DNA of 64,000 nt from Tubiluchus corallicola (taxonomy: Eukaryota; Animalia; Priapulida), in contig JAQGDQ010000850.1 in assembly GCA_030141605.1 (NCBI GenBank), forward strand, positions 1 through 64,000, read 5' to 3'. Made by a program: the position numbers and the translations under genes. Position 1 is the first letter of the stretch. The number at the start of each line of letters is the position of its first letter. Positions 24,741 through 40,088 of the stretch are shown here, piece after piece. Under the pieces are notes generated by a model. The model was given only the letters and a program-made list of their open reading frames with translations, was not told where the DNA came from and did no database searches.

Positions 24741-25463
24741 ATAATATTTAAAAAATATTATATAATATTATATTTTATAATATGATGATGAGTTTTAATA
24801 AAGTTATGTTGTTTCTAACTACAGATAATTGTAAAAAATGGTTATTTCAATGTATGATGAAACTTCTAGTTGATACAATAGCTAATATGTTGCCCAAATC
24901 CAATTTGTGGTTATACTCAGGTATTTCATTTTATATCATACACGTTTCCTTGCAGTTTAAATAAAGTTGGTTATCTGATTTTAAAATTCTCCTTCCGTGG
25001 CAAAATTTCTTCCCCGTGAATTTAAAATCCCTCCCCGGAAACCAGGGGCGGAACTAGATGTGGCAAGCAGGGGGGATGGCGCAAAAAATTTTTGGGAGGG
25101 CGAGGTATCCGAAGTGGTTAAATAATGGTTAAGCCAATTTTTAACCCCATTTATACTGCATGCAGGCCTATAATTAGCGTGTGTGTAGGACGGCATAGCG
25201 GACAGAGCAATAATGAGAAAATTAACTCTCAGTTAACCTAACGTTATTAATGCGCCTCTAACTAAATTGTTATTTACAGAAATTTATCATACACAAATTT
25301 TAAGAAAATAATACGCAGGAAATAATGTCCAAATGAAATGTGGAATGATACGTCATTCAAAAAGTCACACCAGCTTTGTTACGACAAGTTTATTGTGTCA
25401 TAATTTCCTAGTTCCGCCCCTGCCGGAAACCACGTGCTTCCCGTCTGATAATCTCTCCCTTAC

Positions 25464-25691
25464 CTGTTCCGCAGTGAGATATTGTCTTTTGTTAAAGACC
25501 GTCCAGGTCACAGATTGCTCACACGGTGGCGTTGTTAGCGAACCATCATACCGATAGAATTCTTTCAGGTTCTTTGGAAACAGTCCATAGAGACCGAAAG
25601 GTTGTAGATTGATTTTCCCTGAGTCTGAGTATTTAATCTTACTCAAATTGTCGGTGATGCGAGACATAGCTTTATTTTTTGTTTTTCCAAC
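25464..25691 (-). CDS. alpha-carbonic anhydrase exon 6
   Basis: ...FYRYDGSLTTPPCEQSVTWTVF...; ttctcag acceptor, gtaagg donor. Confidence 0.95.
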
Positions 25692-25819
25692 CTGAGAAAA
25701 TAAAAACAGTCGCTGTAACAAGGTCAAAAATTTGCACTTGAAGGCCAATGGCTTGTTTTGAAAACAAGGACAATGGTCACTCCAGGTAAGAGGCTACAGT
25801 AAAACCAGAGAGATAGTCT

Positions 25820-26336
25820 TTATATCGAGTGGCACAGAAAAAATGTGTCGAGGTTTAAACAGCAATAATATTAGAAATGACTGTCCTACAAGGACGAAAT
25901 TTTATGTCATTGGTATTACAACACATTAGCTTTGGGCTGTGAATGTAACAAGTTTATAGTTATAGTAGTTTTCAAGTTTTGGCCAAAAACATTTGCATGT
26001 TAAAACACTAAATGCTGGAATAACTTCAGCTAATCGTTAATTGACCAGACGGTTTAGTCTAGTGGTAATGCGTCCGCTTTCCGTCTGGGAAGTTATGAGT
26101 TCGAACCAGCAGCCGCGTAATACCAAAGACTTTAAAAATGGTACCTGCTGTTGCCCTGCCTGACGCGTGTTATTTAGGTTAAAAGTGGGGTAATAATAGT
26201 CTCTGTTATGTAGTTGTAGGTTGTTATTTACAGTCGGCAATAATAGCTCTTTGAGCTAATGTTAATTGTTGATCCAAAAGCCGACTTTAAATAAAGATTA
26301 TTATTATTATTATTGTTGTTGTTGTTGTTGTTGTTG

Positions 26337-26386
<50 letters not shown>

Positions 26387-27111
26387 GAAAAACATTCGTG
26401 TTGATGTGTAAAGCATTCAATAGATGGCAGCGAAACAACAAAGAAATGAACTAGTTTACATCACAAACAGAAAATAAAGCACTTACTAAGTCACACTTTT
26501 CTTGGCAACAAGTTTTAAATCAACAAGTCAAAAAAATAAATAAATGCAAGGAAAAGTGTGACACTATTGTTTAAAATTTACAGCAAGTGTTCGATGTGCC
26601 CAACCATTTTTGCTGCAAACTAGACGAAGACACTTCTTCCAACAGCTGACACAGTTTCTCATTTCTTTAAAGGGATTTGGTCCCAGTTTTTTGCTTTAGT
26701 TCCTCTGCTTCGAACGATTCTGTGCATTTTCTCTTTAAGGGAAATCCAGATTCCGTCATCCAGAGGATTAAATCTCATTTTTTTCTTGCTAACGAACTTT
26801 TATGAGTGCTTTATTTTCCGCGGCAAAGACCACGTGTAAACTGATCGATATCTTTATTGTTTTGCCGCCATCTATTGAGTGCTTTACACGTCAACATGGC
26901 TGTTTTTCTGTTGATTATGGGCGACATTGTAAAGGAACTTAATCTTTTAACATGCAAAAGTTTTTAACCATTCGTTAAAACCTCTAAAACTACAAACTTA
27001 TAACTTTTATAGTGAAAAGTTAGTATATTATAATATCAAGCTGTGAAATTTCGACTTTATAGGGCACTTGTAGTCTAAATTTCGACACATTTTTTCTGCG
27101 CCACCCCATAT
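25820..27111 (-). mobile_element. non-autonomous Tc1/mariner element with long TIRs and a transposase C-terminal remnant
   Basis: ends TATATCGAGTGGCACAGAAAAAATGTGTCG / CGACACATTTTTTCTGCGCCACCCCATATA; minus 26775-26578 reads FNPLDDGIWISLKEKM...WDQIPLKEMRNCVSCWKKCLRLVCSKNG/GHIEHLL. Confidence 0.75.
26043..26386 (+). mobile_element. tRNA-derived SINE with (ATT)n tail; central motif resembles the MetaSINE core
   Basis: A box TAGTCTAGTGG; B box GAGTTCGAACC; CCAAAGACTTTAAAAATGGTACCTGCTG core. Confidence 0.75.
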
Positions 27112-27954
27112 AAACAGTGCATTAAGCCACGGTGATAATAACAAAGCTCTTGCAAGATAATTGGCACGAGTGTGAAAATGTTGAAAGGTGAGTGAGAAGA
27201 CTTTCAAAAGGTGCAAATGACATTGAAACATGTACGAAACAATTTGTTGTAAAAGTTGCATAAAGTGGCGTTTATGTAGCGTGCGGATGCGGATGCGTTT
27301 TCTACCGCGGAATAATGTGAGAAAAAACTCAATAGGAATAACTTCAGAAAAAGAATAATGCATACGCAGTTCTGCATAAACGGATCCGCTGAAAACAATA
27401 TAAATCGATATTATATATGAAAGCACACACACCCCCCACCCCCACCCCCGAAACATATCCGCATCCGCATCAATATAAGGGCATAGTTATTTTACATGAA
27501 CAACACTGTCAGTCCTTTGTAATAATTTGTTTCAACTGTGTGTTTCATTCAAAACTATATAAAAATAGTTAAATCTATAGTTTGTAAATTTTATGTAAAT
27601 AATAATTGTGTTATCTGAATTTGTTTTAAACGACAAAGTAATTGTGCTAAACAGTCATAGCGGGAATTTGAAATTATGATTTTTATGCGGTGTTACTGCT
27701 AAAGCTCTGTATGCAATAAGATAGTAGCAGTAAGTGATAAAATTTCAAAATGAATTTTTTAAGCTTTATTTATGAAGATTTTCTGTGCGTTAAAAGCATC
27801 ATTCTAACTTACTAATTGCGCAAAACAGCGTTTAGTGATTAATCTGCTATGGTTTCAGTTGATACTAATGGCAGCTCAGCAAATTCAAGTGAATTGATGG
27901 CTTCACAGAACAGGAGAGCTGTTGTTCGGAGGAGATAAAAATAGCGTGTCTTAC

Positions 27955-28047
27955 CTCAAACCATACGCCTAGAACAGCCAGACCGTTGTCCTTATCCATT
28001 GCATCTTTGAGGTTTGAGTATCGTTCGTTATAGTGGACCATGTGCAA
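27955..28047 (-). CDS. alpha-carbonic anhydrase exon 5
   Basis: LHMVHYNERYSNLKDAMDKDNGLAVLGVWFE (third zinc His, GLAVLG); tttcag acceptor, gtaaga donor. Confidence 0.95.
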
Positions 28048-28203
28048 CTGAAAGAGACAAGTCAACTTCTGAACGAATGATGGATAATCATCTTTTTACG
28101 TATTAAAAGGCAGCAAAGGTATAGGATTGTAATCAACAATGCGCGAACATTCCACGCAAGCTTTGTTCCATTGCTCATTCAAGTTGCCTGATAGATAGAA
28201 CTA

Positions 28204-28253
<50 letters not shown>

Positions 28254-28320
28254 AATGATGATGATGATAATATTGATAATGATAATGATGGTGATGATAA
28301 TAATGATGGTGATGATAATA

Positions 28321-28370
<50 letters not shown>

Positions 28371-28598
28371 AATGATGATGATGATAATATTGATAATGAT
28401 AATGATGGTGATGATAATAATGATGATGATGATGATGATGACGATGTTATGATAATGATGATGATGATGATGAAGATTGTGATGATGGTAATGAAGATGC
28501 TGATAATGATGATGATGACGATGATGTTGATGATGACGACGATGATGTTGATGTTGATGATGATGCTTACGACGACGATGATGATGATGATGATAAAT
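28204..28598. repeat. (ATG)n microsatellite
   Basis: seen directly in sequence. Confidence 0.95.
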
Positions 28599-30267
28599 AT
28601 GTTATTACGCCTCTGTTTACAGACTCAATACATCAGTATTAAAAACGAAACCATGCGCAGATATTAATGACCCTTAAACACATAAATACAATTACATAAA
28701 AATAAAAGCAACTATATAAATTATATACAGATAAACAAATACGTTAAAATGTACAAAATACATACAAAATGTTTAGGTATTGTAAAGTTTTACCAAGTTG
28801 TTGTAATGATCAGATCCGAATTATAATTAAGTTATTACACCACTATTGTTGTTCAATAGATCTCTATAAATATAGTACTTTTAGAGCACTTATAAATATA
28901 GTCGCTGCTTTTTTTCAAACTATGAATGACGTCACTGGTGGAAGAAGGAGTGTTCAAAATGGAAGTGTTTGAAATTATCGCGGTTTTAATGTGATTTTGT
29001 CACTTACACGAGGCGCTTATCATAGTTTCATTACCAAACCGTTTAATAGTATTCCTGAACATTGAACTTACCAAACTTCCCAAAAAGGTTAACTTTTCCT
29101 TTAAAAGTGGATTTGCTTTAATCCTAGACACTCAGCATCTGTAAGTGACAACCCGCGAGAATTTTCCTTTCTCCTAAAGTGGTGAGCATTGAGCACAGAT
29201 TCTGCTTAACCTAATCGATATTTCTATGATGGTGACCATAGCGGAAACGGAAATATGGATTTTTCCTGTTTATTCGTCCAGCTGACATAACGAATTCATA
29301 TTTGAAGAGGCTATCGACTTGCCAGGATGACATGCTTATTAATATAGATTTCAGTTTGAGCCTCTTGATTCTAAATCATGATTGATGAAGAATACGATTC
29401 TAGCTACTACGACCACTGGCACCTAAAAATCACGAACCACCTATAAGATCTATTACCTAAGAGAAAATCTATGACCTAACTACAATGAAAAGTAGTATAA
29501 CTTTTGCTTATAGTAGCAAAGCTTTTAAATATTACTTTTGTACTACTTTTCACTATAATTACGTCATAGATATTCTCCCTTTTACTTCGTAAAAGTAGTT
29601 CGTAATTTTTTTAGGGGCCAGTGGTCATAGTACTTACAATTGTATTCTTTTCCACTGTTTGGAATCAAGTGCCTCACACGAAAATCTAAATCTACAATTT
29701 CAAAACAAGCGATCGTTATGAGTCGTTATGGACAAAAACCAGGCCACCATCGAACCAATGGAACATGACAAAAATGATCTTGCCCACATTCTTTCCAAGT
29801 CACTCTAAAACTGCGAGTCATGAGCCCTGAAGAGGGTCGTAAGCCCTTTTCTTAGGGTCATGGAAGGTCCAACTGTATGTACATTGAATTTTCAGTCTCG
29901 GCGCTGGCTCGAACACATGCGCGCACAGCTAGTGCATTGTGGGTAGCATCAGCCATTGTTGTTTATCGTTTCGTACGAAGACCTCTCGTTGTCTTTGAAG
30001 CAGGTATAACGGCATATTCCTCATCGTTAATTATGAATTGTGAATTTATTCCACAGCAACTCAAACATACATACAAGTTGATATTACATTGAAAAAAAAT
30101 AAACTATGTGAGTTACTGTGAGGAGGGGGAAGGAGCATTGAGCTTTCGAGTCCTCCAGATAAGTGAAACAATTGACAATTAACATTACATTTTCATCAGT
30201 TATAACGTACATTAGAACAAAATAAGTTTTGTTAGTAACTTAAGATCAGGATGAGTAAAATTGCGAG

Positions 30268-30700
30268 TTAATTATACCGTTGTAATAGGTAATTCTTTGA
30301 TGCTTTTTTAAATTGATAAAGATTAAGAGTTTTCATTTCACGCGGAATTGATGACCATATTTTAATAGCATTATATTTTGATGACTGTTTCATTATATTT
30401 GTTTTTGGAAGGGGGAGTACATAGTTTCCAACTGAATGTCTTGTGTAGTGATCATGTTGATTTGAAACATGTTCACTTGTTTTGTCTACACTCTCAGACA
30501 CAAATCAAAAATCAACATATTTTAATAGCATTATATTTTGATGACTGTTTCATTATATTTGTTTTTGGAAGGGGGAGTACATAGTTTCCGACTGAATATC
30601 TTGTGCAATGATCATGTTGATTTGAAACTGGACTAAAGTATGACTGAAAAGCTGGTAGAAGTAGTGAATTACGATACTGATGGCTAATGGCGGTCACACA
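30268..30700 (-). mobile_element. CR1/L2-group LINE 3' remnant with internal duplication
   Basis: HDHYTRHSVGNYVLPLPKTNIMKQSSKYNAIKIW present twice. Confidence 0.7.
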
Positions 30701-31459
30701 AGAATGACAAGATAGTTTCATAATAAACATGTGTGAATTTAAACAGGAACCCACTGGATTCGGCTTACATTTTAAAATCGTTTAGTGTTTTGTGCCCATT
30801 TTTTGCGTCTGCGATATAAAAAATTGGGACGTTTTCAGTAGTCTTATAAAGGTGATTTGAAAGATTTGTGTTCTCGTGTGTCAAGTGGTATTAAAACACA
30901 CATACGGCATTAGACTGAATTATAAGAAATCACATTCTAACGCAAAATAATTTTTTACTCGTGAAAATAACTAAATGTGGCATTTTTATTATTTATCGCC
31001 ACGTGCAGATTTCTTCTTCTGCGATTCCATTAATCTAACTCTTGCAAAAAACTTAAAGTTGAAATTCAATTCAAATATCAACGGCGAGTTCCTCCGAACT
31101 CCGCGATAGGCGGATGTCGTGGTAGGTTTGGTACTACAGAAAGGGGTCACGTACTGGGAAACATTGCTCTGAAACCTACGATGCACCAGAGCATCCAACG
31201 TCTGGCATCTGGCTGTCAGTTTCCAGCGTTTTTTGCTGGAAAACAGAAAATAGAAATGTATTTTTGCAATGTTTTCGTTCTTTCATTGCTGATTAGCATA
31301 ATAATGTACCGGCGAGAGAACGTGAACACAAACCGAGTGGCCATTGGCTAGTGTTTAACTGACGCTGGACATCAAACTAAAAATTAGGAATGTTCCTGTT
31401 TCCCAGCGGTTGAGTTCCACCGTCTATTGCCAAAATCTCTGGTTTCGTCAGTTATTGAC

Positions 31460-31640
31460 CATATACAGACAATGCAATGTACTTCACTGTTACTGACAAT
31501 ATACAGACAATGCAATGTACTTCACTGTTACTGACAATATACAGACAATGCAATGTACTTCACTGTTACTGACTATATACAGACAATGCAATGTACTTCA
31601 CTGTTACTGACAATATACAGACAATGCAATGTACTTCACT
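31460..31640. repeat. 38-bp tandem repeat (about 5 copies)
   Basis: unit ATATACAGACAATGCAATGTACTTCACTGTTACTGACA. Confidence 0.9.
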
Positions 31641-31971
31641 GAGACAGAAAATGTTAGCTTTGTCATATCTCACAAGAGTTGTAGAAAACAACAACTTTCG
31701 ATTGAAGTTAAACTTCTGATCTTGTCTGCTTCGAACCCATAGTATTTTTTTACAATGCTGAACCAAGGGCAATAGAAGTTAAATAACAAAAGCCAATCGA
31801 TCCTTTTTATTTTTCAAAGACGTCTTCAAAAACAGAAGCTATTAGGTAGCAACTGACCTGATAGAATATATGTTGACGTTGTATAATTATGATCTGATGA
31901 AGAAAGACACTTGAAGGAAACAATTCCAGATATGAAGACCACACTACAAAAGGATCAAGCAAGTACAACTG

Positions 31972-32562
<591 letters not shown>

Positions 32563-33044
32563 CAACAAATAAAACGTGCTGTGTTTTAGAACACTCAAGC
32601 AACCTGGGCAACCAATAAATTAGAAGATTTCTAGGACAACCTGACAATTCGAGTAAAAAATGCCTGAGGTATTTCAACAGGTATGTTGTTCAGTGCTGGT
32701 GAATGTAAATGTTGTTTACACTATCCGGTCCTTGTATGGTCTCACATGGCCATCAGTAAACAACTTTAAGCAACTCAGTAGTAATCTTAGCACATACAAA
32801 GTACAAGACGAACATCCTATGCAAATAATTGTCAAGGACACTTGTACAACTGTAAGTCAAATGTTATACCATCTTACAAGCTTAACCTAACCTGCAAGTT
32901 AGCCCTGGACTTAAAATGACCTGCACTTTTGAGTCACAATAGGAGAAGCAACTGTTTGAATTAGTAGGAACGAACAGTAACTAAAGCCAGCAGTAACTGG
33001 AAAGAAAATAAGAAACAACAATAAAATGTTGAAAAGATCATGCA

Positions 33045-33700
33045 TAATGATGATAATAGTGACGGCGATGATTGATGATGATGAGGAGGAGGAGGACAAA
33101 GAGGAAGAGAATGACAATGATGATAATGATGATGATGATGAGGAGGAGGAGGAGGAGGAGGAGGATGAGAAAGAGGAAGAGAATGACGATGATGATGATA
33201 ATTATGATGAAGATGATGATGATGACGCTGTTGATGATGATGATGATGAGGAAGAGGATGAGAAGGAAGAGAATGATGATGAGGAGGAGGAAGAAGAGGA
33301 TGAGGATGACGATGATGATGATGATGATATGCTAGTGATGATGAGGAGGAGGAGGAGAAAGAGGAAGAGATTGACGATGATGATGATGATGATGATGCTG
33401 ATGATGATGATGATGACGCTGTTGATGATGATGATGATGAGGAAGAGGATGACGATGATGATGATGATGATGATGATATGCTAGTGATGATGAGGAGGAG
33501 GAGGAGAAAGAGGAAGAGATTGACGATGATGATGATGATGATGATGATGATGCTGATGATGATGATGATGACGCTGTTGATGATGATGATGATGAGGAAG
33601 AGGATGAGAAGGAAGAAAATGATGATGACGACGAGGAAGAAGAGGAAGAGGGTGACGATGATGATGATGATGATGACGATTATCATGACGATGACTATGA
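33045..33700. repeat. (GAT/GAG)n compound microsatellite with higher-order duplication
   Basis: seen directly in sequence. Confidence 0.9.
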
Positions 33701-33738
33701 TGGCATGTAACTAATCTATATAATGACAACGAACTCAC

Positions 33739-33890
33739 CTCTATAGGATAAGCAGAACCTTCAAACGTGTGCTCAGATCCCACATTGTCAGTACTTCCCC
33801 AGTGAAAATGAAAACTGTGCAGCCTGTATGTTCCTGGTAGAGATCCACCAGAAACTGTTACCCTGTCTTTCGGGTTGATGGTAATTACAA
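33739..33890 (-). CDS. alpha-carbonic anhydrase exon 4
   Basis: SGGSLPGTYRLHSFHFHWGSTDNVGSEHTFEGSAYPIE (zinc ligands HFH, GSEH); atttag acceptor, gtgagt donor. Confidence 0.95.
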
Positions 33891-33930
33891 CTAAATGCAA
33901 AGAAATTGTAATAATAAAGATTTAAAAATG

Positions 33931-34995
33931 TAGCGAGTTTGTTACTATGATGTAACCATGTAAACGAGTTTGTTACAATGATGTAACCATGTAAAAGAGT
34001 TTGTTACAAGGATGTAACAATATAAACGAGTTTGTTACAAGGATGTAACAATGTAATAGAGTTTGTTATAAGGATGTAACAATGTAAACAAGTTTGTTAC
34101 AAGGATGTAATAATATAAACAAGTTTGTTACAAGGATGTAACAATGTAAGAGAGTTTGTTACAAGGATGTAACAATGTGAACAAGTTTGTTACAAGGATG
34201 TAACAATGTGAACAAGTTTGTTACAAGGATGTAACAATGTAAAAGAGTTTGTTACAAGGATGTAACAATGTAAAAGAGTTTGTTACAAGGATGTAACAAT
34301 GTGAACAAGTTTGTTACAAGGATGTAACAATGTAAAAGAGTTTGTTACAAGGATGTAACAATGTAAAAAAGTTTGTTGCAAGGATGTAACGATGTAAAAG
34401 AGTTTGTTACAAGGATGTAACAATGTAAAAGATGTAACAATGTAAACGAGTTTGCTACAATGATGTGACAATGTAAACGAGTTTGCTACAAGGATATAAC
34501 AATGTAAACAAGTTTGTTACAAGGATTTAACCATGTGAAAGAGTTTGCAACAAGGCTGTAGCCATGCAAAAGAGTTTGTTACAAGGATTTAAACAATATA
34601 AAGAGTTTGTTACAAGGATTTAAACAATGTAAAATAGTTTGTTACAAGGATTTAAACAATGTAAAAGAGTTTGTTACAAGGATTTAAACAATGTAAAAGA
34701 GTTTGTTACAAGGATTAAACAATGTAAAAGAGTTTGTTACAAGGATTTAAACAATGTAAAAGAGTTTGTTACAAGGATTTAAACAATGTAAAAGAGTTTG
34801 TTACAAGGATTTAAACAATGTAAAAGAGTTTGTTACAAGGATTTAAACAATGTAAAAGAGTTTGTTACAAGGATGTAACCATGTAAAAGAGTTTGTTACA
34901 ATGATGTAACCATGTAAAAGAGTTTGTTACAAGGATGTAACAATGTAAACAAGTTTGTTACAAGGACGTAACTACTTAACTGAGTTTGTTACAAA
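33931..34995. repeat. 28-29-bp minisatellite
   Basis: unit GAGTTTGTTACAAGGATGTAACAATGTAAAA-like. Confidence 0.92.
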
Positions 34996-35374
34996 TGTGA
35001 AACCATGCAAACTAGTTTGTTCATCTTACTACTTCGTTAGTTAGTCACACAGTTTTCCTTTTATTCGTTTGTTCTTGTTTTTGCCATTCAGCTGATCGGG
35101 AATTTTGGCATGTTTCTTTAGCATAAGAATTCACTCAGTATGAAAAGTTATAGCTGTGTTTTCAATTCTGATTTATTATTTCAGAGTAATGCCATTTTTA
35201 CTCTTTAATACAAGTAGTTAAAATGTTCATCATTGTCGACCATCACAATGTATTTACAAGGAATATAATATGGTTATAATTTAATCTGCTAAATACATTT
35301 ACAGTCATTTGCAAAAGCTTAAGACCAAGCCCGAGTTTTCGGGATTTTCATCATACTGTACCCTGATTGCGTCC

Positions 35375-35530
35375 GACAGGCAGCCATCAAGTGCTGAAGA
35401 CTTGCGAAGAGTTATCAAGGACGTTTGGGTTAAAGAAATTACTTCCGAGTACTGCCAAAACCTAATTTCCAGTATGCCTCTTAGAATGAAGGCAGTGATT
35501 GACAACTTCGGCGGCCATACAAAGTACTAA
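35375..35530 (+). mobile_element. Tc1 transposase C-terminal fragment
   Basis: QPSSAEDLRRVIKDVWVKEITSEYCQNLISSMPLRMKAVIDNFGGHTKY-stop. Confidence 0.85.
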
Positions 35531-35704
35531 AATGTTCAAGACAGTGACTATTTTTGGATAAAAACATACAAACTATGCTGTAGTATACTTTCCTAGAAGA
35601 ATAAATGAATAGTTTTTAGATGGAACCGTGTTAAACGATGGTTTTGTCAATTTCCATGAAAAAATCACTTTGGTTTTAAACTTTTGCAAATGACTGAATA
35701 CCCG

Positions 35705-36165
35705 CAGTGGCGGCTCGTGTATGGGGACAGTGGTACTGCAGCACCCCTTGTTTTCGTTCATTATCATTGATAATATTCAATATAATAAGTCTTTTTTAGT
35801 TCTTTCTTTATACTTGTACGGAACCAGAGCCCGTGAGGGAAGTACTGTTTGCTTCACAGTCCAGCACAGTGGTGTGTTTGGCTGTTGTGCGGCCATGCAT
35901 ACATGTCTGAGATAAGACGCAGCCTTTTAGGTAGAAACAGTACTGTCACTCACGCAGTAGTGAGTGAACTGCGACAATTTAGGCTATTCGTAAGAAAACA
36001 ATACTTTTTGTTAAAGATTTTATCAGGTTTATGTATAAATTTGTTTGTTTAAAGTTACAATTACAACATTAAAATTACATATGTTTGTTTCGTAGTATTA
36101 AAACAATCGCTAATTTTTTTTTATTTTGCAGTACCCCAACTAATTTTAACTACGAGCCGCCACTG
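35705..36165 (+). mobile_element. MITE with 14-bp TIRs (hAT-like CAG termini)
   Basis: CAGTGGCGGCTCGT...ACGAGCCGCCACTG. Confidence 0.8.
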
Positions 36166-36224
36166 CTTCTGAAACAAGGAAATATTTAACTGCCTGTATT
36201 AAAATAGAATTTTGAAGTTTTTAC

Positions 36225-36386
36225 CTGTATGTCCATTGTTTCGTATACTCATTGGGTTTGAAACCTTTTCATAACCTGTCATAATCAGCCCGCCTAAATC
36301 AGAGTCGTACTTTGCATTGTCAATATCAATGGGTGATTGCCTTTTTAATGCACACTTGGGATTATCATTAACCCATTTTCTTGTAT
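36225..36386 (-). CDS. alpha-carbonic anhydrase exon 3
   Basis: DTRKWVNDNPKCALKRQSPIDI...NNGHT (QSPIDI motif, His64-equivalent); tttcag acceptor, gtaaaa donor. Confidence 0.93.
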
Positions 36387-36439
36387 CTGAAAGATAAAGT
36401 TAAATTATAATTATTAATAATAATTAAACAATAATTATT

Positions 36440-37204
<765 letters not shown>

Positions 37205-37499
37205 TAAGTCTTTTATTTGCACACAAATACAAATTATAATACAATATGTACAAATGCTGCCCTCTATTTGTAGGACAAATGTACTTAACGGTTAGTACAA
37301 TGGAACCGGGAGTTAATTATATATATATAAGTTGATATTACATTTACTTTTTAAATTATTTACAATATATTTCTCTTTCCTTACATAAATGAATTTATGT
37401 AATTTTATCTAACAATTTTCTGAGAATGTTCTCACTTGAAACTGAAGCACCACATATTTTTATCGTACCATATATATATATATAAGATTAGGTATTACT

Positions 37500-37550
<51 letters not shown>

Positions 37551-37954
37551 GCGTGTGCGTGTGCGTGTGCGTGTGTATGTACAAATAGAATTATTTATAG
37601 CTATAATTTCACAAGTAAATAGCAAATGGTTGGATACACTTAATTATAAGTAACACATCTATATTAGCACAAAAATTTGTTTTTGTTATTTTGATAGAAT
37701 TATTTAAAAAGTTTGACATTAGACTAACCAGAAAGTCAGGCTTTTACGGTATACCGCCTGACTATAAAGTCCAAGCCATTTATATGTTGATACATTTATA
37801 TGCTATATCTTGGTGTTGACTATATACAGAGATGTAACGTAATTTAAAAATTAAGTTGTGTATGTTATATTGAGTCATGTTATATCATTTGAATTTTCGT
37901 TATGCTTAATTAAACAAAAAATCAATAAACGTCGTAGCTATAACCTAGACACAA

Positions 37955-38190
37955 GCGCTATAGTCTAATGGCAACGCATCCGTTTTCCGACTGGGAGGTC
38001 GTGAGTTCGATACCAGGCTATAACAACCACTTTGAAAGTGGTACCTGTCGTTACCTGGCATTACCTAGCGCGTGGTATTATTATATATTATTAATTACTA
38101 ACAATCACCTCTATTATGTAGTATGGCATAGTTATATACAGCTGGCGAAAGTTCTTTGATTCTACGTTTAGTTAATCCAAAGGCTGATTT
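37955..38190 (+). mobile_element. diverged copy of the tRNA-derived SINE
   Basis: TAGTCTAATGG...GAGTTCGATACC...AAGTGGTACCTG...TCCAAAGGCTGATTTTAAA. Confidence 0.65.
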
Positions 38191-38193
38191 TAA

Positions 38194-39301
38194 AGGAAGA
38201 CCAGACCCAGGCTTAAACTACAGCTTAAAACAATCTAATCTATGAGATTTTGAAAGGGAACATACTATTTTTTCAAGAATGGATTTCGTGAAAGAATTAT
38301 AACCACAGAAACACGATTGCACGTGTTGTTGGCATCCTTCTGTCTCGGAAGACAATGCAGTGTGCGCCAAGAGAGTCAGTTATTGATCACATTGATGGAG
38401 CTGCAGCATCGACTGTGGCTGAGCAGTGCGATCCTTGTACGTCTCCAAGGCGCACGTCTGGGCAAAGTGTATGGAGATCCTGAGTTGCCCAGACAACAGG
38501 AACCCCCTCTCTTCCTCGCTGGTGTAGTCCAAAGGAAAGCGGAGCGATACGTTTGGCACCAGGTTGGCTGTAGGAGCTGCCGGAGTCATTGAGCATGCTG
38601 CACTGGTCCGCCTTCGGGGCTCCGCTCCTGATTTGGAAGGTTTACTCCTCTACACATGGCCGTTGGGTCACTTGACCTCCTCCGCCCTCTAGCCGTTGGC
38701 TGCTTGTACAGCTCCTCCGCCTAGTGTCGAGGAGTATAATTCTTCCCGTATAATTCTTCCCTATTGCCTGTTTTTGCCTGGTTAGACGGGCACTAGCACC
38801 TGCATCTCGGAAATGCGTTGCACAAAAAACAGCTGCTATACCTCTCAGATTAGAGGTATGTTCATTTGTGACGCAGTGCACACGTTGGAGAAATCAGTGT
38901 GAGCTAAGCCGTAAACTTGAAATTTGAATTTTAAAGTTAAAATTTGCCGAGTTTTAGTACATCACGCTGAATGTTGCACAGTAGCACTGCACTGAATGTT
39001 GCACAGTAGCACTGCATTGAATGTTGCACAGTAGCACTGCACTGAATGTTGCACAGTAGCAGTGCACTGAATGTTGCGCAGTAGCACTGTACTTCAATTT
39101 TCGTTTTCACAAACACCTGCAACACGCTCGTGGAATGTTTTCGATGTTGAAAATTATGTTAGTTTGTGATGTCATCACTTGTTAGGCTCGCCCGCCGTTA
39201 ATTAAGATTTTAGTCTATTGTTAATTTGGCATTAATATAGTTTTGAAATGTTTCAAGTACTTCAAAATGGGACAGGATATGAAAAATCATCCGGTCTTCC
39301 T
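38194..39301 (+). mobile_element. Kolobok-like MITE (family E) hosting the SINE copy and a 26-bp tandem repeat
   Basis: TTAA|AGGAAGACCAG...CCGGTCTTCCT; homologous to copies at 49680, 56846 and 59652. Confidence 0.75.
38324..38731 (-). mobile_element. second copy of the same element, lacking the 5S head (5'-truncated or headless)
   Basis: reverse complement closely matches 22238-22636 and has the same CAACAACA end; interrupts a Kolobok-like MITE. Confidence 0.88.
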
Positions 39302-40088
39302 TATTATAGGAAACCTTCATTTATGCAAAGTGAATAATTAATGATTTATTCTTCGAATGCCTGACGTCACAAATGTGCCCTAAAGAATTACAGACATTTT
39401 GCTACGCACTCACGTCTCGACAGTTGGGCAATTTTTTAAGATACTTGACCTTGAAAATGACAACAGAAAATTGTCAGAATGCCGACAGCTTGTAATAAAA
39501 AGTGTCTTATAGTAAGTTACTTTAAGCGTTTCCCTATATTTCCCCCGTGGCTTTATTTCTATAAAAGGCTCTAAACTTTGGTAATCGGTGATAAAGTCAC
39601 AGGAAAAAAACCACCGGAAACGTCAAAATTTTGGCTAGTAAAAGAGTTACAGGAAAATACGCAATTAAATTTGGCTAATAATAAAAATAAAATAATAAAA
39701 TAAAATTTTGGCTCAAGGATTACACGCCAACCCTAGACCTGCTATTATTTGCAAGGAAGCGTTTCATAAACTCAGATCAGGTCATCCATCCAGCGCCATT
39801 CTCTTCAAATTGTTGCAGAACTACGTAAAGTCTACTAAACGTTTTGCTAATTGATTGTACGTGTAATTGTATATTGAATTGTAACCTGAATTATTTTGAA
39901 TTTTATGCTTTTGAATTAAACATCAGTTATTGAGCAATCATACTTTTGTATAACTAATGGGATGATGTACATTGATAATTGTTTCTGATAATTGATGATA
40001 ATTCAATTTTAAGTGTTAACTAATGAATTACTTGTACTTTTGAACTAACTATCTATGTAACTATTTTCTTGATGACCAGTTGTATATA

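Noticed and set aside
33931-34995. Fourth splice-site-amplifying array next to CA exon 4
   Set aside because: It starts about 40 bp outside the acceptor and contains no exon or splice-site sequence. The 11331-11937 array is likewise wholly intronic.
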